Notes: generated from the letters alone by a model not told the origin. DNA of 57,490 nucleotides, filler included, from Platydemus manokwari (GCA_037951405.1; 5 parts of 5 records of this genome joined end to end with filler, not necessarily neighbours in it); one strand, 5' to 3'; counted from the whole stretch's first letter, positions 1 to 13,745 are shown. Program-made: numbers and translations.

Positions 1-268
1 TAATAATAACAATAATAATAATTATTATTAGTTATTATTAAATAAATGTGATATTTATAATGAAATAATATTAATTAATTTAATAAATATTAATCAAATA
101 AATTAATATTTATCATTTTCTAAACTACAATTAAAATTATTAATTAATATATATTATTAAAAAAATTAATATAAATCAAATTAATAAGAATTTAGTGTTT
201 TAAAAATAATAATTAAGAACAATTAATTTAATTAATTAAATTTTCATTCATTTAATCAAATTAATTAC

Positions 269-1131
269 TTTTGAACATTGCCACGTTTGTGAACACTGAA
301 CCTGTTTCGAATGCTCTCCACACAAGCAATTCTTTAAAACCATTGTTTCACAATGACCACAATTGTTGTGACACATCTTATCGCAAATATGGATCTTACA
401 ATCCAACATTTTGCCACAGATCTTTTCACACGACCAGAACCGTTGACTACATCTATGAGAAACAATTGTCAGTGAATCATTCATTATTAATTCATCGATG
501 AACCTGATAGCTGATCGGATCTCTTTGCCACAATAACAAGCTGCATTGTGCAACATTTTCGGACATGGTGGGCAAGGCCCTCGATGACACAATTCCAAAC
601 ATGTATCACCACAATATGGTTTCAAATATTTCCCACATCGATCACCACATGAATGTGGTTGAAGCCAGTGATTAAGTTTCGGATCGGATGTCTGGTTTTT
701 TCATTATAAATTATATTTTAATGACTTCGGAACTTTATTACTTTTCCACAATAGCATAAATATTTATTGGGAGCTTCATCGTTTGGATATTCATTGCGAC
801 ATTTTGGACATGACCAATGATCAACATCTTTCATTAACTTATTTAATCTATTTATCGCGCTTGTATAACCTTCTGATAGGTCCAAACTATCTTGTTCTTC
901 AGTTAAAATTCTTTCTTTGCAATTACGATATTGTGAAATCCAATCATTAATGCAAACCAAATGATATTCGCAATAACATGTAGAGCAACTCCATATCTAT
1001 TATTAATTAATTCAATTAAAGTTTAACAACACCAAACAGATATCAAATGATTATATTAACGGAAAAAAAATTACCGCATCTTGATTGGAAATACTTTCCA
1101 AGCAAATAATACAAATATCATCAAAATCCAT
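269..1131 (-). CDS. NFXL1: NF-X1-type zinc finger protein NFXL1, 5' portion; exons 1131-1075, 996-742, 691-504, 452-269; continues left of the window
   Basis: Spliced translation MDFDDICIICLESISNQDA/IWSCSTCYCEYHLVCINDW...WSCPKCR...YLCYCGK/TSDPKLNHWLQPHSCGDRCGK...CLELCHRGPCPPCPK...WSCEKICGKMLDCKIHICDKMCH gives a RING/PHD-like finger followed by NF-X1 repeats. GT-AG introns are in consistent phase. The start codon is uncertain. Confidence 0.88.
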
Positions 1132-1849
1132 AAAATTTCACAATCTGCTAATGTATAATTAAATCTACTTTCTATAAAAAAATAAAATGATTATTTGATT
1201 AATGATTAAATGATTAAATTGCAAACTGTAAATTGAAGAGTTAAAAAATTCAAAGATTGCACGTTATAAAATTGAAAAAAATAAACAACCGAATATTAAT
1301 AAAAAATACTTATAATTCAAAATTTATGAATTAATTAGTTTAGAAATTATTATAGTATTTTCAATAAATTTCTTAAAAATTTTATTTAATATTTTAATAA
1401 TATTTTAATCCTATAATTCAAAGGAATGTACAATTTAAATATATCGGCTTTTTTGCATAAATTAACTCTGTTTAGTCTATTAAATCTATTAAATTTAAAT
1501 TAATAAGGCAATTATTAACAGTCATCTTCACTTTTCATGACCAAATAAATGTAATGAAATGTATATTTGCTAATTACTGTTCGTTTAACACCGTTTTAAT
1601 ACATCATCTATCTGTGCACAACATCTAATAAGTAAGGGTATTTTTGTATTTATATACTAGTATTTACTTCCAAACAATCAAAACTGAAATTAATATTGAC
1701 TTAAGCAATAAATAATTGAGAAAAACAGAATGTAATGTTTGAACAGAAAAATTGCGAGTTGAGCAACGACAGCCAAACATTTTTCGAATTTCAAATCTAT
1801 TAATAGAAGTTTGAAGTGGAAAATACATCCATTCTTAAATATCAATTTT

Positions 1850-2420
1850 ACTGATTATTATTGATTGAAATTAACTAATGAGCCTGTGTCCTTTTAATTA
1901 GCATTGAAATTTATAAAATTTATAAGCAACAATCTAATTATGCAGTAATAAAAGAAACTATTTTGTGCTAATTTGTAAACATAACATATTGATGAGGGAA
2001 GTTCACTCTCTGAGAGCAGCGAATGAGAGAAGCAAATTACTTGCAAATTTTAATTGATTTGTTAAATAAATTAGATGAATATTAGTGAAATTCATCTTGG
2101 AAATTCATCAATGTCATGGAAAAATTAAAATATTTCTGACAATTATAAACATAAATAATGGTTTCGGATATAATAAAGCAGGAAGTTCCAAGTGAAAATT
2201 TAATAATTTATCCTAAATTATTTACAATATAAAATAGCTTACAAGATTTTCAGAAATTCGCGTGACATTATTTAATAATTTGAATATATTTTGATAATTT
2301 ATGTACCATTAAAATAATAATTTAAAAGAATTTTACACAAGTTTGATCACATTATTTTTGCAAAAAGTATAAATAAATTTTCTGTAAATGGAAAAGAGCT
2401 TCTAACAAGGATAGAAAAAA
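1850..2420 (+). mobile_element. Highly decayed hAT (Buster/SPIN/GTF2IRD2-like) transposase fragment
   Basis: Stop-interrupted fragments LALKFIKFISNN..KKLFCANL, ILIDLLNKLDEY and INVMEKLKYF...SENLIIYPKL resemble Buster-type motifs in the expected order. Confidence 0.4.
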
Positions 2421-2449
2421 TCAGAAACTAAATAATAATCCATAGATAT

Positions 2450-2950
2450 TAATTCCTATTACCAATCGATAAACAACGCTCGTAACAAAAAAGTTTATTA
2501 CTGGAAACACAGAAACACTTTAAGGCAATATAAAAATCTATTAATGATTTATGATTAATACACTCCTTCAAAATTGTTGCAAAAACTTTTCAACGTGGTG
2601 AGACAAAGCCCGATAGTAGTATTAAAAGACGTGTCATATTGATTCTTGATTTTATAGAATAACTCGCTCACTTAGTTCACCCTAAGAACTCTTTAGTTAT
2701 TAGCTGGTAGAATATCTTCGGGCTTTATTCTAAATAGCAATAATTGAACGGCTTTGGCTTCAAGCATTTTTGTCTGCAAAGTAACTTCTTCCAATAGTTT
2801 CAGTGAATTAATTGGCGATGGCTTGGATTATGTAATGCCGTTTCTACTCTATTTTATCTTCAGATAGATGTGGCTTATTATTTATGTTTGTTCATTATTT
2901 GCTTTGTGTGGATAATTTAACATTTATTGAGGGAATTCCTTAAGAATATT
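2450..2950 (-). mobile_element. Decayed hAT (Ac/ZBED-like) transposase C-terminal fragment
   Basis: Fragments LKLLEEVTLQ, LLLSGFVSPR*K (compare LDPRFK) and IALKCFCVSSNKLFCYERCLSIG (compare dimerisation motif LAxKYLCxPATSxxxERxFS). Confidence 0.4.
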
Positions 2951-4469
2951 GAATCCACTAGTTAATTCTGTATGGATAATTTATTTAAATAATGCTGAAA
3001 TATTTTATTCATATTCATCCTAAAATGCATGCTGTATTAAAATAAATGGGTAATTATTTATTCTAATTATTGTGGTATTTTCCGAGAAATCGTAATTGGC
3101 GTTTGTATAAAATATAAAAAATTTATAAAAAAATACACATTCAACTTGATTAAAACTGGCATAGGCATCATTTACAGCAATTTTTGTGTTAAAAGTTACA
3201 ATGATGTACTATACAATATACACTTTGAACTTCCCACTATTTTTTTTTATTTTTTTTCAGATGCAGATGAGTAGACTGTTACTAGATGTTAAGTCGTGAA
3301 TATGGTGGAGGACTTCGTTGCTATTGATAATTTGTGGACACTACTATCGGGATCTTCGATCAATTTTGAGTTTTGGAGGGTCGTCATATATTGATTGTCA
3401 TCTGTTAAGTATTGCATATTCAGTGTTGAATTTGGAGTTCGTTGAGTGAAACATCTCCCTGGCGTAGATATCTGAGCTGTTTTTGAATATACCAGAGGTG
3501 CATAGAATTCCGGTGACAAACTGATCGGTCATGCTTGAGCTTCTGGAGAAAGGAGAAAGAGGGTTCCATTGCTGAAAGATGATTATATATTTCGGTGGGG
3601 ACACTTTCGCTATAACAAATGGTCCAATGCTCGATGTTCAGGTTCAGAATGCTCTCAGAAATTGTGTTGCTAGATGTAGCTGATGAGTCTGAATGTAAAC
3701 ACATATAACAAGGTATGTAGAGATTCTAATCCAGAGAATAATTGCAAGTATTATATGGACTGTAGCTCTTTCTGCGAGGATCTTCGAATATTTATCTTTA
3801 TTTCTTGAAGTGTCACATTTTTTTATTTTGATGATTTACCTCCAGTTTCATGAACCTGTATTTGTGGTGATTTGATAAGTTCTATTTCATCAAATTACCT
3901 TAACGTTATTTAATAATCCATTAAAAATACACCGAGTAATTGAAAGCAAGGGAATTGTTGGATATCTGTATATATCCATAGAAACATACAAATGTATATA
4001 ATACATAAAATTATAAATAAAATCAAATTAAAATTTTAACAATTCTTACTGTAGGCGAAAATAATTTTAACATAAATATTATTAATACACGTTGCCATGA
4101 AAGCTGTAGGAGTAACCTTGGTAATTTGAATTAAAATTTAAGATCACCATGGAAACGCAGGAAATTTCTATAATTAATAAATAATGAATAATAACACCCA
4201 CAAACGCCCACAACCCAAAGTAGTTTTTAAACAATTTTGACACAAAATTTAAGTGAAGGCACATTCATCATACTAAGATCTATCGTATAATATTGAATTT
4301 GCATTGGAATCAATTGAAATTTTCATTATCTACAAATTTGGAATTTACATATTCGCAAGGAGCTTTTGATTTTGATAGTACTAATTTCAGTGGATTGATT
4401 ACTTCGGACTTACAAAGGTAATTATTATTTTGCACATCCTTAATTGTCTTTCATCAATCTACAATAGGA

Positions 4470-4910
4470 TATTAGTTAAATGTAATAATTAATACTATTT
4501 CACAAAGTCTAAGCAGAATTTATCGGAGTCTAAATTCAAATTTTCGTTATTTTACAAATCGGAGTAGGAGTCAGTTAGACTCTGCCGATTTGTCATACAA
4601 TCCTTCAAGTCACAACACTTTCACTTTTAAAATCACAGTGTATATTGTTACTTATTGAATCGTTAATAAAAGTATTCCATCGTTTATATTTTGTTATTTA
4701 TTAAATAGCAACATGCATCTAATTCTCTATTAGGAGTCAGATACTTGATGGAAACATCAATAATCAGCTTCTAACTAACTATTACTATTTAACTGTTTTG
4801 AATAATCGAGAATACCTTGTTGATTTAAATCTAAACTCGTCACTTAATTGAATTCGATCAGAATTAGTTATTCTTCCAAAATATTGTAATAGGAAATCCA
4901 ATAATATTAA
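4470..4910. repeat. Dispersed repeat, copy 1 (diverged direct copy at about 40450-40815)
   Basis: Colinear shared blocks: ttcacaaagtctaa[g/a]cagaattt, gtcaca[a/g]cact...cttttaaaat, aacatcaat[a/t]atcagcttctaact, gagaata..t.gttgat. Confidence 0.7.
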
Positions 4911-5586
4911 TTAATATAATTTTTTTTGCTACTAAAAATTTAGAATCTATAATTGAAGACTTCACGGGAGGCCATATAATCAATGAAATTTGTAATAATG
5001 TCAGACTTAAGTTGCAAAATAAACAGGCATTTAACACTTTATTTAGTAAAATAAATGTAATTTATAATATGAAGATAGGACCTTGAACAAGAATGAATAA
5101 AAACCTATCTATATGTTCTTCGATACATTTAGTTTAAGTTATATTTCATTTAGATTAAAATATTTTTAAAATATACATTATTTGAAAATAATAAAACTTT
5201 CAGTTTTATGAAATTCCAGCTTTTCTACATAACACATTTTAATAATAATCCTTCGCCTTAAAATAGTTATGCTTGTTACATCTAAATACTTGATATTTAA
5301 CGGGCTTAATATTACCTCAAAATCTACGAAATGTATTTCAATATACCTGATCTTGTTAAATTGTGATATTTTATAAGTTTAATAAAGTTTATGATAGAAA
5401 TAAAAAATTACGGATGCATAACTTTATCACACAAAAAAGATTATAGCGTGATTCTTTTGGAATGAAAATTTTTGATTGCATATACCTTCGTGCAATTCAA
5501 TAGGCTGATTTATTTTGTTTTATTAATTAATATTAATTATTTTTGGACACTTAATTCAAATTAATAATTTGTATTAAATTGTGACG

Positions 5587-7845
5587 ATGAGTGATTCGAT
5601 ATCGTCAGATTATGATGATGATGACAATTGGATGTTAGATTTGGAAACAACTTTATTAGGTAAGATTTTTGCAATTCAATGTTAATTAATATAAATAACT
5701 CATTAAGAAAATTGCGATTTTTTTAAATTGAGAAGTATATGTAAAGATAGACCAATTCCATCTCATTTGAGAAATGAAGTATGGAAAATTTGCCTGAATA
5801 TTAATCCACAAATTGATCATTTAGAAAATTTTAATGATTTATTTGATTTACCAAATCAAGATATACTTCATGAAAATTGTTGTGAATTTGTCGGAACATT
5901 ACCAAAAGATTTGTTTGTCAATAGTATTGGATTTATCAGTGACATTGAAATAATATTAACATATTTCAGCAGAACATATAAGTGTAACTACGAAGAAAAT
6001 AACGGCTGGCTTTCAATATTGAGAATTTTGTGTTGCGAATTAAAGCTAACTAAAAGAGGTGATCTGTATAATTATTTTTCAGCTATTTGCCATCGATTCT
6101 TACCAAGTTCATCTGTGTTAAATGGTGAGATATTTTCAGTCTTTCGATTACTTTTGCAATATCACGATCCGGAATTGTGTTCATTTCTTGATACACATCG
6201 GATAACTCCGGATTTATATGCCTACAATTGGTTTACATCAATATTCAGTTCTCATATTGCAATTGAAGCTCTCGTCAAATTGTGGGACATTTATTTTCTC
6301 GTTGCCGATCCATTCTTGATGTTCTATCTGGGATTGATTGTCATTCTGAATTTGAAAGATTCGTTGTTGGAAATGAGAGGTTGTGAAAAGCAAACGATTC
6401 TCAATAAAATCCAATCGACAATACGTTTGATTTCCAAAGATGATGTTGAAGATTTCTACAATTTAGCCCAACATTACGTTGTCATGACACCAAAATCATT
6501 CAGTTGTAAATTTTGTCCCATTCTATTCGGCAATGCCCATAAAGATAACGAAATACAGACACTGTTAGACTCATTGTGCATGCCAATAAGTATTCACGAG
6601 CTCCTGGAATCGAAAAGTCCCGATATCAATTTACATTCAATGAAATATTTCCTGGTAGATTGCCGGCCCGCTGACCAATATAATGCTGGCCATCTACCAT
6701 CGGCATATTTTCTCGATTCGAGTCTCATTATTTCTAGTCCCAGCAATGATTTCCAAACGTCTCTCAATGCTCTCTTATTGACTCAACAGCAAGCACTGGA
6801 ATTCAACTCGGAATCGGCTGGCGAACATATTTGCTTTCTCGGCAGCGGCAATCAAGAAGAAGACCAAATCGTCAATATGGTCGTCGCCCAATTCTTGCAA
6901 AAAATGACTAAATACGTCAGCATGGTGTATGGTGGTTATCGAGCGATCCATGAGGTTCTTGGTCCGCAATGTGACTACTTTTTCACTGGGCATGATTTCT
7001 CAAAATGCTTAGTCTGTGTCGGTACGGCGAATTATTCGCTTACGAATTCCGACTCTCATTATTCGCGAACAATTAATTTCAATTTCGACAAACATGCCAT
7101 GGATCTCGACAATGGTGTCACCGTTGAACAGAACAAAACAATGGATAAATTCTTGACGAGATTCTCGTCAGCATTCAAAATTAATTCATCCAAATTCAAG
7201 GTGAAACTGTCGAATTATGTGAAAAATAACGAATCTGATGTCGACAACAAACCGTCAGCACCTCCTCCCAAACGCCATTACAATAAAAATCAATCGAAAA
7301 ACACGAAAACCTATCGCAATACGGGCAATATATTCAGTATCGATGATGATGGCGATCACGATACCAGTTGCGATATTCGCGGCGATACATTCGAAATCAA
7401 TCAGAATCATGAAGAAACGGCCGAATCGTCACCGGAAATGATCAATCTCGATTTATGGATGAAAAAACCCGATGTGATCGCCGTTTACGATTGTTGCATC
7501 ATTGACGAATCGCGAGCTCTACAACCAGGCCATCTATTGTTGACGCATACGAATTTGTTCGTTTTGAAAAAGTCCGCCTCGAAATTCGATGCGATCAATA
7601 TGTTTTTGGGACGAAATGCCAATTTGTTACCGCAAAACATGGTGAGCATTTATCGTCGGCGAGTGTTGAGTTCTGTGGTCAAGATCACGTCGAAACGGAA
7701 ATATCCGGAATGTTTGACATTTCATTATCTGATGAATGACGGATCGACAATTGAACAGGATCAATATGTCATCGATAAAGCTGGTGAAGCTGCCAAACAG
7801 ATCAAGATCCAAGTCCAGAAAATGATCGATGAAGAAGCTCAATAG
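5587..7845 (+). CDS. TBC1D23: TBC1 domain family member 23 (TBC, rhodanese and C-terminal PH-like domains); exons 5587-5659 and 5708-7845
   Basis: Exon 1 MSDS...WMLDLETTLL joins through a 48-nt GT-AG intron to the 705-aa ORF. Motifs: RLLLQYHDPELCSFLD, FLVDCRPADQYNAGHLPSA, GEHICFLGSG, VVKITSKRKYPECLTFHY. Confidence 0.96.
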
Positions 7846-10736
7846 TTGAAGCGCGTTATTTTTTCTGATTTCCAAAAAATCATTATTTTTTTTTGCGGGC
7901 AGAAATTCATTTGGTGAGGTGTTGGATTCGAATCCATCGGAAGCTTTAACTCGTATTTAATTCGGCCTTTTTATTATTATTATTATTCTTATTAATGATT
8001 CAAAGATTTCTTTATATTCTATATTACTATCAAAAGCTTGATAAAAACTTTCATGATTTTAATGTTTTGTAAACTTTTCACGCTGATTGGTTGACGCTTT
8101 TTGTCGTTTTGTGATCGATTACGTAACACACATGTAATACAATTGTGAGAGAATTATTCATTCGTACCCATTCAGTGTTCTTTGTTCGATGATGACGGTG
8201 TGCGTGAGCGTGAGTGTGTGTGTTTGTTTGCTTTTACACATTACTGATTTTTATTTCTTTGCCGGACAACACACATGTCGAATTATAATGAGTAAACAAA
8301 ACCGAATCGAATGTCTAATTTTTGGTCTATGAAATACATTATATGCATTCTGGTGAATTTTCCTTGATACCGTTCTACTCATATTTGTTTGGAATTTATT
8401 GAAATTATACTTTTGGAATTGATTTTTTATGCTTGAATTGGATTTTTTCAATTTCCCCTAATGCGAATTTCCATTAAATGTGTTCTGTGAACATTAAAAG
8501 TGTTTTATTATGTTCATGATGCATTGGAAAATATTGATGGACAGTTAAGCAAATTATCATTTGACATTATATCCATTTTGATTTACATAGCAAGCCATTT
8601 TCATCTGAATAGTGTGATAATGTGATGGTGTTGGGGATATGCCACTATTTCGGAATGCGCTTTCAACAATCAATATATGATACCTTGTATTGAAAATAGT
8701 GATATCTTGAAATAGTAATCTCAATTTTCAAAAATAATAAATCTGAAAATATTGTGGTGTTGAAAGGAAATATTTGAAAACCGTGACTTTATTTTATGCT
8801 CGATATCACATCAGATGCGATTAAATATCAATTGACTCGTCTCATCTTGTAATTTTAACCAAACTTAGTGTTATATGGTTATTTGTTAATATTTGATGAT
8901 ATCTGTTTTCAATAAAATTGATTATTGTGATATATCGATTTTACATCGTCATCTGATATATGCTAACCAAATATCATAATGATAATAATAATCACACATT
9001 GCAGCATAAAAACTTGGAATCAAATTGCAATTTATTTATAACATCCCAATTGTTTGCAAAATCGATAAATGATTAGCTACCTTGACCGAAAACCAAGATG
9101 AAAACTGTACTGAGAAAAATTATTTTACAATGTTATTCCAATTGATCACCCAGACAACGAACATATTTTAGAATCTGAAATTATTTGTGTTTCAAAATAT
9201 TCATTGGTTGAATTTTTTTCTGGATTAATTAGCTTAAAAATTGTTTAAAACTTTTTTATTGAATAATTTTTCGAATGATCAATTATTTAATATCATCAAC
9301 TCATTTGAATTCTTACAATATTTCTGCTTAAGATAACAGATAAACTGTAGATTTTAATCTGGTTTTACTTAATATTATTATTATACAGTCAGGTCCACTT
9401 AAGTCTGATTTGATTGGAATACCACAATTCACATGATTTATGTCAAAAATATTGCTTTTGCTGTATTATTTTGTTTATCGTTGATTTAATATAGAATATA
9501 AATAAATGATTTTTCATTTCATCGTTATAACAGTAGTTTATGTGCACTTTCTTCTTTTTATTCCAGTATTCTTTAACAAACTGGATGATATTTTATTTTT
9601 TTCGTATGTCTTCATCTGCAATTTGCGCTTTTTAGTCATTATGAATGGATGAAATAATCATTAAAAGTGTAATCATGTAAGGCTTCTAAAGCAATCGCAG
9701 AATTTAAAGCAAAGAAAACTCCAATTATATATTTTTAAGAGTGTATCTATTAAAACACAGTATTTATCAAATTGATGATTACAGTTGAATAGGATTATTA
9801 TCGAATTTCTATTAAAACAACGAACTGACGGGTGAATGTACTTAACATGTAAAAAATCAATACATACGCATGTACACAACAGCAACAATAGCAACGAGAT
9901 AATGAAGAACACGACTAATTCATACGACTTAAGTTGTATATTTTATATGTATTATATAAATAAATATCCGAATTTTTGAAAGCACCGTGACATAGGTCTT
10001 AACCTGAGATATCTCGATCCGACTAAAGAGGGCTTGATTGTATTATATTAAAAATATAAGGCAAAACATTAAATACTTTATTTTCAATTAATCGATATTT
10101 TGATCGAAATTTTCATCAATCAAATTGAAAATAAAAATACTTAGTCTTCTTTAATAGTTTTAATATAATATTTAGACAAGATTCAGTGTACAAATTCATG
10201 CAAAAGTTTTTCTCCTTACACTGCAAATACAAGATTATCTCACTCTGAATTGTTCATCGAAATTTATTCAGCTTAACATTTAATGAAAACAATTTCAAAT
10301 AACTTCTCAATCGTATATCAACAGTAAATATAATATATTATTTACAAACTGTCTCTGTGAAAATGTACACTCTATTGTTGGCATGAAATGTGTTGCTTTT
10401 GTGGAAAATTTGTATTTACAGAAAAATATTTGTCATTCGACATAAAATGTTTTCTTTTATTTATTTCAAACAACAATTCACAATTTTAAATGTCTGGGAA
10501 TTTTTTCTCTCTTCTCATATTATTCAATAAAAAGTCACCTAAAAAACATTTTCTACCTTGTTTTGAAGTCGGAAAAATAATTTCTCGAGTTAGATCTAAT
10601 TTCAATAACTATGTTTGCAAATGGAATTCTATTAATAATGATGAAATAATAATTGAAAAAAATATATTATTCATTCAACATTTAATAAAACAAACCAAAA
10701 CAAATTTCATTTTCTTTTTTTTTAAATTTTCTTTAG

Positions 10737-10860
10737 AAAATTCAAAACAACAGAGAAACAAACATTACAACCAGTTCAGCGTGAAAATTCTGAGCTGATG
10801 AACAGTAATTGCGTCAAGCAGAAAGCATATTTGAGAAATTTGATGCCTCGCTTCGTTTCG
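10737..10860 (+). CDS. Possible internal coding exon of an unidentified gene, next to a contig gap
   Basis: Strong polypyrimidine acceptor (ttttctttag), donor gtatga, and an open frame KFKTTEKQTLQPVQRENSELMNSNCVKQKAYLRNLMPRFVS. No family recognised. Confidence 0.3.
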
Positions 10861-10895
10861 GTATGATAAGTTGTCATTGCAACAGCTTGTAAATT

Positions 10896-10995
10896 NNNNN
10901 NNNNNNNNNNNNNNNNNNNNNNNNNNNNNNNNNNNNNNNTTAATTAATTAANNNNNNNNNNNNNNNNNNNNNNNNNNNNNNNNNNNNNNNNNNNN
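10896..10995. other. Assembly gap with artificial six-frame-stop linker
   Basis: N44-TTAATTAATTAA-N44, identical at four sites. Confidence 0.97.
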
Positions 10996-11099
10996 GTTTC
11001 AATTTATTTTCGTGTTTATAACCATATAATTAATCAGTTATACTAATAATTCAACAATAATAATTGGGAAAAAGCCTTAATGTATACTAATAAAGACCG

Positions 11100-13060
11100 G
11101 GTTAAACATCTTGTCGACCAGTATACTCAATTTCTTTTTTTAAAGAAAAAATACTTCGTTAGAGATATTTTTAGACTAACCTCATTGATTCGATGAAAAG
11201 CTCTTTCAAAGCTTTCATTCTGTTCAATGACCATCCTTCTAAATATCAGAATATCATCTCCAATTTTCAGTCTCCAATAAGACATTTATGAGTTTCTGAA
11301 AAGTCGCAATTGTTGAGCATAATTCAAATGGCTCATTGTACAACATCAAATATTTCTTCGGAATTCAGTTTAGGAAAAATTGGTCTGGACCTAGTTGCAT
11401 TTAGATTCCTATAATCTACACATATTCTAGTCTCTCCGTCCATTTTGTGACTAGAAATATTGGGAAATTCCACGCTGAATTACTTGGACTTGTAGTGTTT
11501 CATTACAACATTCCATCTATAAGGTGTTTATCTTAAAATGAAATTCGCATTTTTAAGACCTCCGGACCTGTACTGAAACCATATTTGTATTTCGATAGAA
11601 CCCTCATAAGATTATTCTTAACCACATGATCCGGTTTATCATCTAACTTCTGTACAATGTTTTTAATAACTCATCTAGTCTACTTTTTTTATTTTAGGAA
11701 CGTAAATTATACAATTCAACTTAATTTCCAACGCTATCCTTCTTTATTTCATTTATTTCTTCTATCCTACCTAAATTCATTTCAGTATAAACCTTCTTAA
11801 TACTATCTCCAATTTGCTTCAGCCTTGCCAAAATACATCCGTTATTTGCTTTTAGCAATGAAACGACTATCATCATTTATCTCTTCTCTATATTTCTCTT
11901 ATCTACTACAAAAAATACTCCAGAAAACTATCCGCTTTTCGGATATTTTTGCCCACAACCATAGCTTTTACAAAGTAATCACCATCTTCCAACAGCACAT
12001 CATTAGCTAATATTACTCGTAAATTATTCTAAAACTTTGCCTCTGCCTTCGTCGCATTCCGACCCTCGAACTTGCATCTAACAATTTAAAGAATCTATTT
12101 GGGTTTTAGAAACAATACAATAATTACTTGGTACAACTGAAATTCCATCATTCTTCATATAACGTATTCCAGCAAAGCATTCTTAGAATAGTTTTGGAGC
12201 TACATCAAAATATTGAAATTATTCTTCTGTGCCAATTACAACTATTACATAAACCTATCCTGAGAGACTTATTATTGATCCATTTGCACATCCAATCATG
12301 TTAGGACATCTCCGGGTTTTGATTAGAATCGGCATTTTTCATTACTCTATTGAATAATTCTTCGCTTATCACATTAAGTTCAGATCTCGTGACAAAGAGT
12401 ATCTTCACTTTCTCATTTTCAATCTTGCAATCGATCATTGGTTTATTTTTGCCTTTTCCGGTCTTCAGTTATAACCGTATCTGGTTTTGTCACATTCCGC
12501 TTGGCTTAGCTGCTTGCCCATTCATAAAATAGGCAAAATTGTCTTAAATTGAATTGAATTGATTGTCCCTCGACTTTCTTGGTTTCCCTTGTTTCCAGTC
12601 ACTCATATTCAGCATATTAAAATCTTTCTCTGAAAGATTATCTAAGATCCAGACCTTGTCCTCTTCTAATGTGATGCTTCTTTCTTCGGTATTTGAATAT
12701 TTCACACCCTTGACATCTCTACGACAGAAACTTTGCAGAAAGGAACCACAACGTCAGAAATATTAATGAATCTTACAAAAATGAGCATATTATCCTTCTT
12801 GTTTACACTTGAAACAAACTATGTCCTCTATTGATCTCTCTTAAGATTTTATTTTTGAAAACTTTCGACAGTCTTTTAATTTAGTAATATATTGCTTGAG
12901 CCTTTAAATCTTAGCATTTAATTTTCGAATTTTATTTTTTTCATCTGATTTTATGTGATTCAGATCACATGACATATACAAATCCTAGGATTCTGATTTC
13001 AAGATATCCGTTTCTTCCTGGGTAAGTCTGACAGCTTCATCTATATTCTTGGGATTCAAT
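11100..13060 (-). mobile_element. Decayed Ty3/gypsy LTR retrotransposon (gag-protease-RT)
   Basis: Zinc knuckle CFKCKQEG*YAHFC (~12775-12817), protease KILFVTRSELNVISEE (DTG degraded) and GCANGS, RT fragments SPSNSAWNFPIFLV, DGETRICVDYRNLN, GDDILIF and LKISLTKYFFLKKEIEY. Many stops and frameshifts. Confidence 0.9.
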
Positions 13061-13259
13061 TGCTCTTATTAAAAAGCCTTTTGATGAATAATTAATTGAA
13101 TGTACTTATTAATAAGCACCAAGAATAACTCTCTACGGATTTTTAATTTTCATAAACAATATTAATATCCAAAGTAATTTTATCATCTTTATCTCAGATG
13201 TTGGGAAATTAAACGTTTCCATAAATTATAAATTATACTTTTTCACAAAGTGCGATTTC

Positions 13260-13745
13260 AATATAAGCCTTTTTAAATAATAAATAAATTTTTAAAGAAA
13301 TAAAACAATAGACTTTGATTGAAAAATTTTAAAGTTATTTTGAGCACAACTAAAGAATCCCTAGATATGTTTTGATTAAAATAATAAGTCAATTTAATAT
13401 CATACTGGAGATGACGGAAAATCTGTTTTGCTAATGGGTTATTAGAACTTTAAAAAGTATTATGTTAAAAATCACAAATAGGATGATAATCTATAACGAA
13501 GTATAATTAATAAATATAATAATAAAATGCATTCAAGTATGGGTGTTATTCTTGTGGACCCAAGTAAAAATTCTGAAATTATACTGATAACAAAAATGAT
13601 GATGGAATTTCTAGTTCGAATATAAAACCGAAATTTAAAATTTTCAACAGAATAATAATTTTTAAATTTAAAAGAATATTTGAAAAATGATATACAACAA
13701 AATATTCAGAAGAAATATTTATCATTTGTTCGACAAATAGATTAA
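13260..13745 (+). mobile_element. Polinton/Maverick-type retroviral-like integrase remnant
   Basis: YHTG..KSV, IRTLKS, IINKYNNKMHSSMG and IKPKFKIFNRIIIFKFKRIFEK*YTTKYSEEIFII (13622-13726) match the Polinton integrase C-terminal signature KPKFKxGDxVRIxKxKxIFEKGYTxNWSEEIF. Confidence 0.8.

Noticed and set aside
6775-7875. ORFs 6775-6993, 7238-7441 and 7627-7875 (likewise 271-501, 24650-24871, 54549-54752)
   Set aside because: Off-frame or antisense shadows of real coding exons.
7923-7936. Palindrome tggattcgaatcca resembling a tRNA B-box
   Set aside because: No A-box or cloverleaf; it lies in the probable TBC1D23 3' UTR.
10940-10951. TTAATTAATTAA palindrome recurring four times (also 24097, 33430, 42451)
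   Set aside because: Always centred in a 100-nt N run. It is an artificial scaffolding linker with stops in all six frames, not biological sequence.
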